From Coriobacteriia bacterium (GTDB taxonomy: Bacteria > Actinomycetota > Coriobacteriia > WRKU01 > WQUG01): DNA of 64,000 bases. Each line of letters starts with the position of its first letter. Positions within the stretch are counted from its first letter, which is position 1. This document shows positions 48,234 through 55,851 of this stretch, one piece after another. The position numbers were made by a program, and so were the translations under genes. The DNA lies in contig WQVS01000001.1 of the NCBI GenBank assembly GCA_009785705.1, positions 6,689-70,688 on the forward strand. Direction: 5' to 3'. The notes under the pieces are model-generated. The model was not told the DNA's origin. It did not search any database and worked only from the letters and a program-made list of their open reading frames with translations.

Positions 48234-48560
48234 ATGGTTAAGGCAATTGACAAGAGTAATAGTCCTCTTTGGATTCGTATTTTGGTATGGATTCTAGTTG
48301 CTGGCCTCATGGCAGCAGCAGTGTTTATGGCCATTGGTGTAATCACTTCAATCGCGACTTGGGGCGACCCTCCGCCTCCGATGACAATTACTGCTGATGA
48401 TTTACCTCCAGAGATTTTGGCAGAGCTCGAAGCTCAGATGGCAGAGGCAAACCAAAACGAAGGTGGAGTCGTCACTGGCAATGAGGACGATGACGAAGGA
48501 ATTGTCTTTGGAACAGATCTGACCGCCGAAGATGACGACAATCAGGACGAATCCGAATAG
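48234..48560 (+). CDS. Hypothetical small membrane protein with an acidic C-terminus
   Basis: 108 aa with one TM helix. The tail is Asp/Glu-rich. Confidence 0.35.
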   Translation: MVKAIDKSNSPLWIRILVWILVAGLMAAAVFMAIGVITSIATWGDPPPPMTITADDLPPEILAELEAQMAEANQNEGGVVTGNEDDDEGIVFGTDLTAEDDDNQDESE

Positions 48561-48613
48561 CTGACCTTATGGGTTAGGTAACGCATACGAGTAGTTAGGA
48601 ATCAGGGCAAATT

Positions 48614-49165
48614 ATGGGTGGCTGGGAGATAGCTTTAATCATAATCATTGCCCTGATTTTTTTTGGTCCTGATAAAATTCCTCAAATTGTAAAAACTATT
48701 AAAAAAGGTATAGGCTTCTATGCTGATGCACGCAATCAGGTTCAAGAGGTAGTCAATACCCAAATAATATCTCCTGAAGAATTGGCGGCACTAAAAGATC
48801 CTTTAGGAATGGGTGGCAATAAAGTTACTCCTCAATCCCTCTTAACTCCAGAGAGAAAAAGTCTTTATAGTCAGACGACCCCAGCTCCTCCTGCGAACAC
48901 AGCACCTACAGCTCAAGCTGCTACTCAACCTGTAGCCTTTGAATCTGCGCAGGTGCAATCAGCAGGCTTAGAAGCTTCTCAAAAATCAGTCATAGATTCT
49001 GTCTCTGATGCGGCAAAGCCAGTAGCAGTATCTGTTCCAGCAGTGCAGGAATCACAACCTACTGCATCAAAGTCTAGTACGGCAGCAGAAAGTATTTGGG
49101 CAAGCTTAGAACAGGCAGCTCCATCAGCCGCAGGGACTCCTTCAGGCGAAGCTAAAGAGGCTTAG
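48614..49165 (+). CDS. tatA: Sec-independent translocase component TatA/TatB family (long C-terminal tail, TatB-like)
   Basis: TM helix plus the hinge motif FGPDKIPQ and an amphipathic helix. The tail is Ala/Pro/Ser-rich. Confidence 0.75.
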   Translation: MGGWEIALIIIIALIFFGPDKIPQIVKTIKKGIGFYADARNQVQEVVNTQIISPEELAALKDPLGMGGNKVTPQSLLTPERKSLYSQTTPAPPANTAPTAQAATQPVAFESAQVQSAGLEASQKSVIDSVSDAAKPVAVSVPAVQESQPTASKSSTAAESIWASLEQAAPSAAGTPSGEAKEA

Positions 49166-49171
49166 GCAGAT

Positions 49172-50164
49172 ATGGCAAAAACACAAGCTAGCGAAACACA
49201 AGAGGAAGCAAAGAAAGACCCCAAAAGTCTTCCCTTCTTCGCACACTTTAATGAGCTGCGCAAAAGGCTCACCAATTACGTCATAGTTCTTGTTGTGCTT
49301 AGCTTCTTCTTCTACTGGGAGCCTGCCCATATGGTCATTATGGATATCTTCTTCAAAGATGTCCTTCCACATCTCCCAGATGGATTTGCACTTATGGGAA
49401 TGTTTGATGCGATGACCTTTCGCTTTACCGTAGGCCTTTATGGCGCATTAATCGTTACTAGTCCTCTCCTGCTTTATCATATCTTTGCCTTCTTTGCTCC
49501 TGCAATGAAGGGGCGTGAGCGCAAATGGGTTTTGCCTACAGTACTTGCCGCAGGGGGCCTCTTTGTTACAGGAGTTGTCTTTGCTTACTTCCTTATAATG
49601 CCTATGACAATCGAATTTCTATTATCGCAGCATACTGCCTATACCTATGAGGTACCTAGAGGGCAAGACTGGCTTTCTGGTGTTGCCTTGGTGCTTCTTG
49701 CCTTTGGTATAAGCTTCGAGCTACCCTTAGTAATTTTCGCCTTTATAGGGCTAGGTATTATTGGTTACCCTACCATCAGAGAATCGTGGCGTGTGGCATA
49801 CATTTCACTCTTCATTTTTGCAGCCGTGATAACTCCAGATAGAGGGCCCGTTACAACGCTTGCCCTAGGACTTTCTCTGATTGTTTTGTACGAGAGTGGG
49901 CTTTTGGCATCACGTCTATTCTTGGCAGAGCGCATAGATCAGCAATACGTTGATGCTTATGAGCAAATGCTGCTCTATGATAATGCTCCTACAGATGACA
50001 AGGAAAAGTTAGCAGCAAGGGCAAAGCTCAAAAAGCAAGCGGAGGCCGCTGAAAAGCGTATAGCAGCACGAGAAGCGCGTAAGGCAGATGAATCTGAAGA
50101 TTCGGCTCAAGACTCAGGCGGCGAGCAAAGCTCAGCAGAAGGAGAGAGCAACACCAATGCATGA
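49172..50164 (+). CDS. tatC: Sec-independent translocase TatC
   Basis: Six TM helices with a TatC N-terminal motif (FFAHFNELRKRL). It has a charged C-terminal extension. Confidence 0.9.
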   Translation: MAKTQASETQEEAKKDPKSLPFFAHFNELRKRLTNYVIVLVVLSFFFYWEPAHMVIMDIFFKDVLPHLPDGFALMGMFDAMTFRFTVGLYGALIVTSPLLLYHIFAFFAPAMKGRERKWVLPTVLAAGGLFVTGVVFAYFLIMPMTIEFLLSQHTAYTYEVPRGQDWLSGVALVLLAFGISFELPLVIFAFIGLGIIGYPTIRESWRVAYISLFIFAAVITPDRGPVTTLALGLSLIVLYESGLLASRLFLAERIDQQYVDAYEQMLLYDNAPTDDKEKLAARAKLKKQAEAAEKRIAAREARKADESEDSAQDSGGEQSSAEGESNTNA

Positions 50165-50594
50165 GATGAGCATTATGCAATCTGTCTTTGATGCAGCCTT
50201 TGAAGCTTTGGAAAAAGCAGGAGAGACGCGCATCACAGAGATTAGTCTCACGGTAGGGGAGCAAACAGACATCCAAGAAATCCCCTTAAATTTTGCCTTT
50301 GAAGCATTGAAGCAAAATACACCAGCACGCAATGCGACTCTTAAGATGACGATGTTAACGACCAGGTCACACTGCAATGATTGCGCGGCAGAGTTTGACC
50401 ATGACCGCTTTTCAACCCTGTGTCCCAGTTGCGGATCAATAGATATAACAATGCTGACAGGTCGTGAACTGCGCATAGACGGCATGGAAGCAGACAGTGA
50501 ACCCTTTAAGGAAGTCGCTGAAGAAAGCGACCCTTACGCCAGTATGATAGAGGAAGCTCGCGCAGACGCAGCAGCTATTTTGAAGGAAGCATAA
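50157..50594 (+). CDS. hypA: Hydrogenase/urease nickel incorporation protein HypA
   Basis: N-terminal MHE Ni-binding motif (MHEMSI...) and zinc site CNDC...CPSCG. RBS GGAGAG upstream. Confidence 0.8.
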   Translation: MHEMSIMQSVFDAAFEALEKAGETRITEISLTVGEQTDIQEIPLNFAFEALKQNTPARNATLKMTMLTTRSHCNDCAAEFDHDRFSTLCPSCGSIDITMLTGRELRIDGMEADSEPFKEVAEESDPYASMIEEARADAAAILKEA

Positions 50595-51256
50595 TGACTC
50601 ACATTGATATAAACAAGCCTATACTAGATAAAAATGACAAGCTAGCACAATCAAATAGAGAGCTGCTGCAAGAAAAGAAGGTTTTTGCCCTAGACCTCAT
50701 GGCCAGTCCGGGAGCAGGGAAGACCACGACAATCCTAGCAACGATTGAAGCTTTAAAGGACCGTTACAAGATTGCCGTTATAGAGGGCGACATTGCTTCA
50801 AATGTGGACGCACTCAAAATTAAAGCAGCAGGGATTCCTGCCATACAAATTAATACAGGCGGGATTTGCCATCTGGAATCAGACATGATTCGAAGTGCCC
50901 TTGACCAGCTGCCTTTAGATGAGCTGGATTTCATCATCATAGAAAATGTGGGGAATCTAGTCTGCACAACAGAATTCTACCTGGGTGAAGATGCAAAGGT
51001 AATGATACTGTCTGTCCCAGAAGGCGATGATAAGCCCCACAAATATCCGGGAATATTTCAAACCTCAAAAGCAGTACTCATAAGCAAGATAGACACTTTG
51101 CCTGTATTTGACTTTGATAGGGAAGACTTCGAGACAACAGTAAAGTCGCTTAACCCAAAGGCTCCTATTTTCCCTGTATCTGCAAAAACAGGTGAAGGCA
51201 TGGAAGAGTGGATTGATTGGCTCACTGCTCAAATCGACAAAGTTAAATTTGCTTAA
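50594..51256 (+). CDS. hypB: Nickel-dependent hydrogenase maturation GTPase HypB
   Basis: G-domain motifs GSPGAGKTT and ENVGNLVC. Confidence 0.85.
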   Translation: MTHIDINKPILDKNDKLAQSNRELLQEKKVFALDLMASPGAGKTTTILATIEALKDRYKIAVIEGDIASNVDALKIKAAGIPAIQINTGGICHLESDMIRSALDQLPLDELDFIIIENVGNLVCTTEFYLGEDAKVMILSVPEGDDKPHKYPGIFQTSKAVLISKIDTLPVFDFDREDFETTVKSLNPKAPIFPVSAKTGEGMEEWIDWLTAQIDKVKFA

Positions 51257-51373
51257 TTCGTCAACTCTTTGCTCTATCAACCCCTTTCTGCAATAACCCA
51301 CTGAACTTCCCTGAGTCAGTTGTCGCATTATTTCTTAGAGCTCAACACCAAAAATTACCTTATATTTATATCG

Positions 51374-51402
51374 CATAAAACTTGACAATAGGACGCTTAG
51401 AT
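51374..51402 (+). promoter_or_regulatory. Putative sigma70-type promoter of the dnaK operon
   Basis: TTGACA at 51374-51379. A 15-17-nt spacer separates it from TATAAG/TAAGAT. Confidence 0.3.
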
Positions 51403-51498
51403 TATAAGATAGTCCCTAGTAAAGTTTATCTGTGTATAAAACCATGACAAAATAATCCAATTTAAAACAAAGATTAGAAGCAGAAAGGGAGTATTATT

Positions 51499-53412
51499 AT
51501 GTCGAAAGTACTAGGAATTGATTTAGGTACCACCAATAGTGCAATGGCACTTATCGAGGGTGGAGAGCCTACTATAGTTATCAACGCAGAAGGAGACCGC
51601 ACCACACCTAGTGTTGTGGCCTTTCGCAAAGAGGGTGACCGACTAGTCGGCAAGCCCGCAAAGAATCAGGCAGTAACCAATCCGGTAAACACCATTGGCT
51701 CAATCAAACGCTTCATTGGTCGCAAGTATTCAGAAGTCAGTGGAGAGCTAAAAACAGTCAGCTACAAAGTTGTATCTGGTAAGGGTGGTCGTGTAGAGGT
51801 AGAGATTGATGGCAAGAACTACACTCCAGAAGAGATTAGTGCCATGACTCTGCAAAAGCTGAAGACAGATGCAGAAAAGTATCTGGGTGAGAAAATTACC
51901 GAAGCAGTTATTACCGTACCAGCCTACTTCAACGATGCACAGCGCCAAGCAACAAAAGATGCTGGCAAGATTGCTGGTCTCGAGGTAAAGCGTATTGTAA
52001 ATGAGCCTACTGCTGCAGCTCTTGCCTATGGTCTGGACAAAGCAGGTAAGGAACAAAAGGTTCTTATTTTTGATCTAGGTGGCGGTACTTTTGATGTATC
52101 TGTGCTAGAACTAGGCGACAACGTCGTAGAGGTAATGGCAACCAGTGGTGACAACCAACTAGGTGGAGACGACTGGGATCAAAAGGTTATCGACTGGATG
52201 GCAGATAAGTTCAAGGCTGACCAGGGCGTAGATTTGCGCGATGACAAAATGGCCTTGCAGCGCCTAAAGGAAGCAGCGGAACGTGCAAAGATGGAACTCT
52301 CATCAGCTCAAAGCGCGCACATCAACCTGCCCTTTATTACTGCTGATGCCAGTGGACCAAAGCATCTTGACTACACATTGTCACGTGCAGACTTTGAAAA
52401 ACTAACCAGTGACCTACTAGAGCGCACTAAGAAGCCTGTTCAGCAGGCTATGAAGGACGCAGGCGTTAAGATGGGCGAGATTGACGAGGTAATCCTTGTC
52501 GGAGGCTCTACCAGAATGCCAGCCGTTCAAGATATGGTGAAGAAGCTTACAGGTAAAGACCCTCACATGGGAGTAAACCCAGATGAGGTAGTAGCACTGG
52601 GCGCTGCCGTTCAGGGTGGTGTACTGTCAGGTGACTTTGGTAAGGGCGACATCTTGCTATTGGATGTTACTCCACTATCTCTAGGTGTAGAGACCATGGG
52701 TGGTATTAGCACAAAGATGATTGAGCGCAATACTACGATTCCAACACGCAAGACAGAGACCTACTCTACCGCTGCTGATGGGCAGACCAGTGTAGAGATT
52801 CACGTCTTGCAGGGTGAACGTGAGATGGCTGCAGCAAATAAGACCTTGGGTCGCTTTACACTGGCAAACATCCCAGCAGCGCCCCGCGGTGTACCGCAGA
52901 TTGAGGTTACCTTTGACATTGATGCAAACGGTATTGTAAACGTATCAGCAAAGGACCGTGGAACTGGACAAGAGCAAAAGATTACCATCACAGGCTCAAC
53001 AGGTCTTTCCGATGATGAAGTTGATGCCATGGTGGCAGACGCCGAGGCAAATGCTGACGAAGACGCGAAGATGAAAGAGGGCGTTGAGGCTCGCAACACC
53101 GCTGACTCATTGGTATACCAAACAGAAAAGACTATTGAGGACTTGGGCGACAAGGTTCCTGCAGAAACTAAGGATGAAGTTGAAGCTGCTGTTGCAGAGC
53201 TAAAGACTGCACTAGAAAGCGACGACCTTGATGAAATCAAGGCGAAGACTGAAACTTTGACCACAGCAAGCTTTAAGTTGGCAGAGATTGCCTACCAGCA
53301 GGTTCAGGATGAAACTGCTGCCGAAGGTGGCGATGCTGAAGCTGCCACCAACGATGAGGGCGAAGAGGTTGTCGACGGAGACTTTGAAGTAGTTGAAGAA
53401 GATGACAAGTAA
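51499..53412 (+). CDS. dnaK: Chaperone DnaK (Hsp70)
   Basis: Full-length Hsp70 signatures (IDLGTTNS; DLGGGTFD; acidic C-terminus). Confidence 0.97.
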   Translation: MSKVLGIDLGTTNSAMALIEGGEPTIVINAEGDRTTPSVVAFRKEGDRLVGKPAKNQAVTNPVNTIGSIKRFIGRKYSEVSGELKTVSYKVVSGKGGRVEVEIDGKNYTPEEISAMTLQKLKTDAEKYLGEKITEAVITVPAYFNDAQRQATKDAGKIAGLEVKRIVNEPTAAALAYGLDKAGKEQKVLIFDLGGGTFDVSVLELGDNVVEVMATSGDNQLGGDDWDQKVIDWMADKFKADQGVDLRDDKMALQRLKEAAERAKMELSSAQSAHINLPFITADASGPKHLDYTLSRADFEKLTSDLLERTKKPVQQAMKDAGVKMGEIDEVILVGGSTRMPAVQDMVKKLTGKDPHMGVNPDEVVALGAAVQGGVLSGDFGKGDILLLDVTPLSLGVETMGGISTKMIERNTTIPTRKTETYSTAADGQTSVEIHVLQGEREMAAANKTLGRFTLANIPAAPRGVPQIEVTFDIDANGIVNVSAKDRGTGQEQKITITGSTGLSDDEVDAMVADAEANADEDAKMKEGVEARNTADSLVYQTEKTIEDLGDKVPAETKDEVEAAVAELKTALESDDLDEIKAKTETLTTASFKLAEIAYQQVQDETAAEGGDAEAATNDEGEEVVDGDFEVVEEDDK

Positions 53413-53983
53413 AAAGACAGATAAACATACATCTGAAGCAAATACTGAAGCTGCTGCTAGTGCAGCAGCTTCAGCTGCAAGCACAGAACAAGATACTCCG
53501 GTATTTGACGATCAGTCAGAAGTTGAGGCACTGCTTGCTCAAATGGAAGAGTTCCGCGATAAGGCTCTGCGTGCTCAGGCAGAATTTGAGAATAGCAAAA
53601 AGCGAATGCAGACACAGCAAGCAACAGCGCTTCTTCGTGCAAGCGAACGTGTGGTAACTGCACTGATTCCTGCAATGGATGATATTGAATTCGCTGTTGC
53701 TCATGCACAGGAATCTGGCAATGACATGCTGGAAGGTTTGCAGGCAATACAGGCAAAGCTGGTAGCAGTTTTTGCTACAGAACAGGTAGAGATTATAAAT
53801 CCCTTAGGGCAGACCTTTGACCATAATACTGCACAAGCTGTTCAAATGATTGAAGATGACAACGCTCCTGATCAGAGTGTTTCTCAGGTACTGCAAAAAG
53901 GCTACGTCATGGGCAAGGACAGCGATAATCCGCGTGTCTTACGCCCAGCCATGGTCGTGGTTTCCACAAATACAAATTCATAA
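53402..53983 (+). CDS. grpE: Nucleotide exchange factor GrpE
   Basis: GrpE coiled-coil and beta-domain. The ORF is open from TTG 53393. ATG 53402 is the likely start. Confidence 0.85.
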   Translation: MTSKKTDKHTSEANTEAAASAAASAASTEQDTPVFDDQSEVEALLAQMEEFRDKALRAQAEFENSKKRMQTQQATALLRASERVVTALIPAMDDIEFAVAHAQESGNDMLEGLQAIQAKLVAVFATEQVEIINPLGQTFDHNTAQAVQMIEDDNAPDQSVSQVLQKGYVMGKDSDNPRVLRPAMVVVSTNTNS

Positions 53984-54003
53984 GGATTGGAGGGTAGAGA
54001 GTC

Positions 54004-54954
54004 ATGGCAGAAAAAAAGAATTATTACGACCTGCTAGGGGTCTCAAAAACCGCCGATGCTGATGAAATCAAGAAGGCATTTCGCAAGAAGGCGCGTGAAC
54101 ATCATCCTGATACGGGTGGCGACGAAGATGCCTTCAAGCAGGTCAACGAAGCGTATGAGATTCTCTCGGATAAAGAGAAGCGTGCTCAGTACGATCAATT
54201 TGGGCAATACTTTGGTGAGAATAGACCCGGTCCAGGTTATGGCGCTGGTGGCAATCCCTTTGCTGGCGGTAATCCTTTTGGAGGTTCCAGTGGGGGTTAC
54301 CAACGTGTAGACTTTGACATGAGTGATATCTTTGGTTCTATGTTTGGCGGCGCTACTGGTCGTGGTGGTGGTCCCTTTGGAAGACGAGGACCCACTAAAG
54401 GTCAAGACTACCAAATGAGCATTAACGTTAGTTTTGATGAGTCTTTAACGGGTGCAACTCGGAAAGCTCATATTGCAGCATCGACTCCTGGTGGGGCAGG
54501 TAAAGACATATCAGTAAACATTCCTGCTGGTGTAATCGATGGTCAAAAGTTGAAATTTCGTGGCAAGGGTGGCGTAAGTGATTCGGGTGGTCCGCGCGGT
54601 GACTTAGTTATTGCCGTAAGCATTGCTCAGCATCCACACTTTAAGCGTGATAAAGCAGATGTACTGCTTGATTTGCCTCTCTCAGTAAGTGAGGCAGCAC
54701 TGGGAACCAGCGTAACGGTGCCACTACCTTTGTCTGATGGTGGGGCGAAAGCAAAGTTGAAAATTCCCGCAGGTACGCAGACAGGAAAAGTCTTCAGAAT
54801 GAAGGGCAAAGGCGCCCCGAAGCTAAAAGGGAAGGGACATGGCGATCTTTTGGTGAAAGCAGTAATAGAGATGCCAAAGAAACTAAGCTCAAAACAGAAG
54901 AAGTTATTAAAAGAACTACAAGAATTTGACGACGATTTAAGAGCTCATTTTTAG
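54004..54954 (+). CDS. dnaJ: DnaJ-class chaperone lacking the Cys-rich zinc-finger domain (type II / CbpA-like)
   Basis: J-domain with HPD, a G/F-rich region and C-terminal substrate-binding domains. There are no CxxCxGxG repeats. Confidence 0.85.
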   Translation: MAEKKNYYDLLGVSKTADADEIKKAFRKKAREHHPDTGGDEDAFKQVNEAYEILSDKEKRAQYDQFGQYFGENRPGPGYGAGGNPFAGGNPFGGSSGGYQRVDFDMSDIFGSMFGGATGRGGGPFGRRGPTKGQDYQMSINVSFDESLTGATRKAHIAASTPGGAGKDISVNIPAGVIDGQKLKFRGKGGVSDSGGPRGDLVIAVSIAQHPHFKRDKADVLLDLPLSVSEAALGTSVTVPLPLSDGGAKAKLKIPAGTQTGKVFRMKGKGAPKLKGKGHGDLLVKAVIEMPKKLSSKQKKLLKELQEFDDDLRAHF

Positions 54955-54972
54955 AATAGAGAGCAGAGACTC

Positions 54973-55365
54973 ATGAGACGCGAAAAACACCGCCCAGTGT
55001 ACATGATAGGGATAGCAGCAGAGCTTGCAGGTGTACATCCACAAACCTTGCGCATCTACGAACGCAAGCAACTAGTAGAGCCAAAGCGTACAGGCGGGAA
55101 TACGCGCCTCTATTCTGATGCCGACATAGAGCGCCTGAAGCTGATTCAGGAGCTAACTCAAGAAGAGGGCATCAATCTGGCAGGTGTGGTGCGCATCATA
55201 GAGCTAGAGGAAGAGCGTGACCGCCTACAAGATGAGCTAGAAATCCTACGAGAAGAAATTCGAGAAATGAAACGCGAAGCCATCAAGGCCGAATTGCTGG
55301 CGGTAAGAAGTAAAGCAATAGTGCCCCTAGGAAATGTAGCAGTAACTAGAATAGAGCGCACTTAG
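54973..55365 (+). CDS. hspR: MerR-family heat-shock repressor HspR
   Basis: MerR HTH (MIGIAAELAGVHPQTLRIYERKQL) and a coiled-coil C-terminus. It is the terminal gene of the dnaK operon, as in Actinobacteria. Confidence 0.85.
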   Translation: MRREKHRPVYMIGIAAELAGVHPQTLRIYERKQLVEPKRTGGNTRLYSDADIERLKLIQELTQEEGINLAGVVRIIELEEERDRLQDELEILREEIREMKREAIKAELLAVRSKAIVPLGNVAVTRIERT

Positions 55366-55523
55366 CGGCGAATCCTTGCACTAGAGAGAGGATGAGAAAT
55401 TGCTCATATGATTTGAGTACACTTTGCCTCTTTCTGTCTTTTGGTGCGAAGCTTTGCTACTTGGGTCACTCAGCAGATAAAAGTTAGGTTATACTGTTAT
55501 ACGCGTTTTCGACACCTCTCTTT

Positions 55524-55609
55524 GCCGGAGTGGCGGAATGGCAGACGCGGTGGATTCAAAATCCATTGGGGGCAACCCCGTGAGGGTTCAAATCCCTCCT
55601 CCGGCACCA
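55524..55609 (+). tRNA. tRNA-Leu (anticodon CAA) with an encoded CCA end
   Basis: Manual fold. Acceptor stem GCCGGAG/CTCCGGC. Anticodon loop TTCAAAA. Long variable arm GGGGGCAACCCCGT. T-arm GAGGG-TTCAAAT-CCCTC. Discriminator A then CCA. Confidence 0.85.
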
Positions 55610-55660
55610 CCTCAAAATTTTGCTAAAATGGAAAGCCTTTCCTCCGGCACCACCTCAAAA
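55597..55660 (+). repeat. Direct repeat of the tRNA-Leu 3' end (21 bp, two copies 43 bp apart). It is an att-scar-like signature.
   Basis: TCCTCCGGCACCACCTCAAAA occurs at 55597-55617 and again at 55640-55660. Confidence 0.6.
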
Positions 55661-55851
55661 ATTGCAAAATTCATCTTCCCGATTCCAGCGATTAGCCTCA
55701 TAGACAACTCTTGAGGATACATTATTGTGTGTTGTCCTGCACATATTTATGTATGCAAATCATGCTTAAAATGTGAACATCTTGTGATAAAATAATCTAC
55801 GTATGAAAAGACATAGGAAGATGCGCGCACGCGCGAAGGAGGATGTCTATC

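Noticed and set aside
51257-51498. Searched for HspR HAIR (CTTGAGT-N7-ACTCAAG) or CIRCE (TTAGCACTC-N9-GAGTGCTAA) operators upstream of dnaK.
   Set aside because: Only weak partial matches were found (CTGAGT ... GAGCTCAA with the wrong spacing). No convincing site exists, so only a putative -35/-10 is reported.
52800-53264. 154-aa minus-strand ORF inside dnaK, and similar antisense or alternate-frame ORFs (1498..1803, 11637..11981, 12626..12997, 14173..14469, 19354..19665, 54043..54414).
   Set aside because: They are fully embedded in high-confidence genes, have no RBS and are low-complexity mirror translations.
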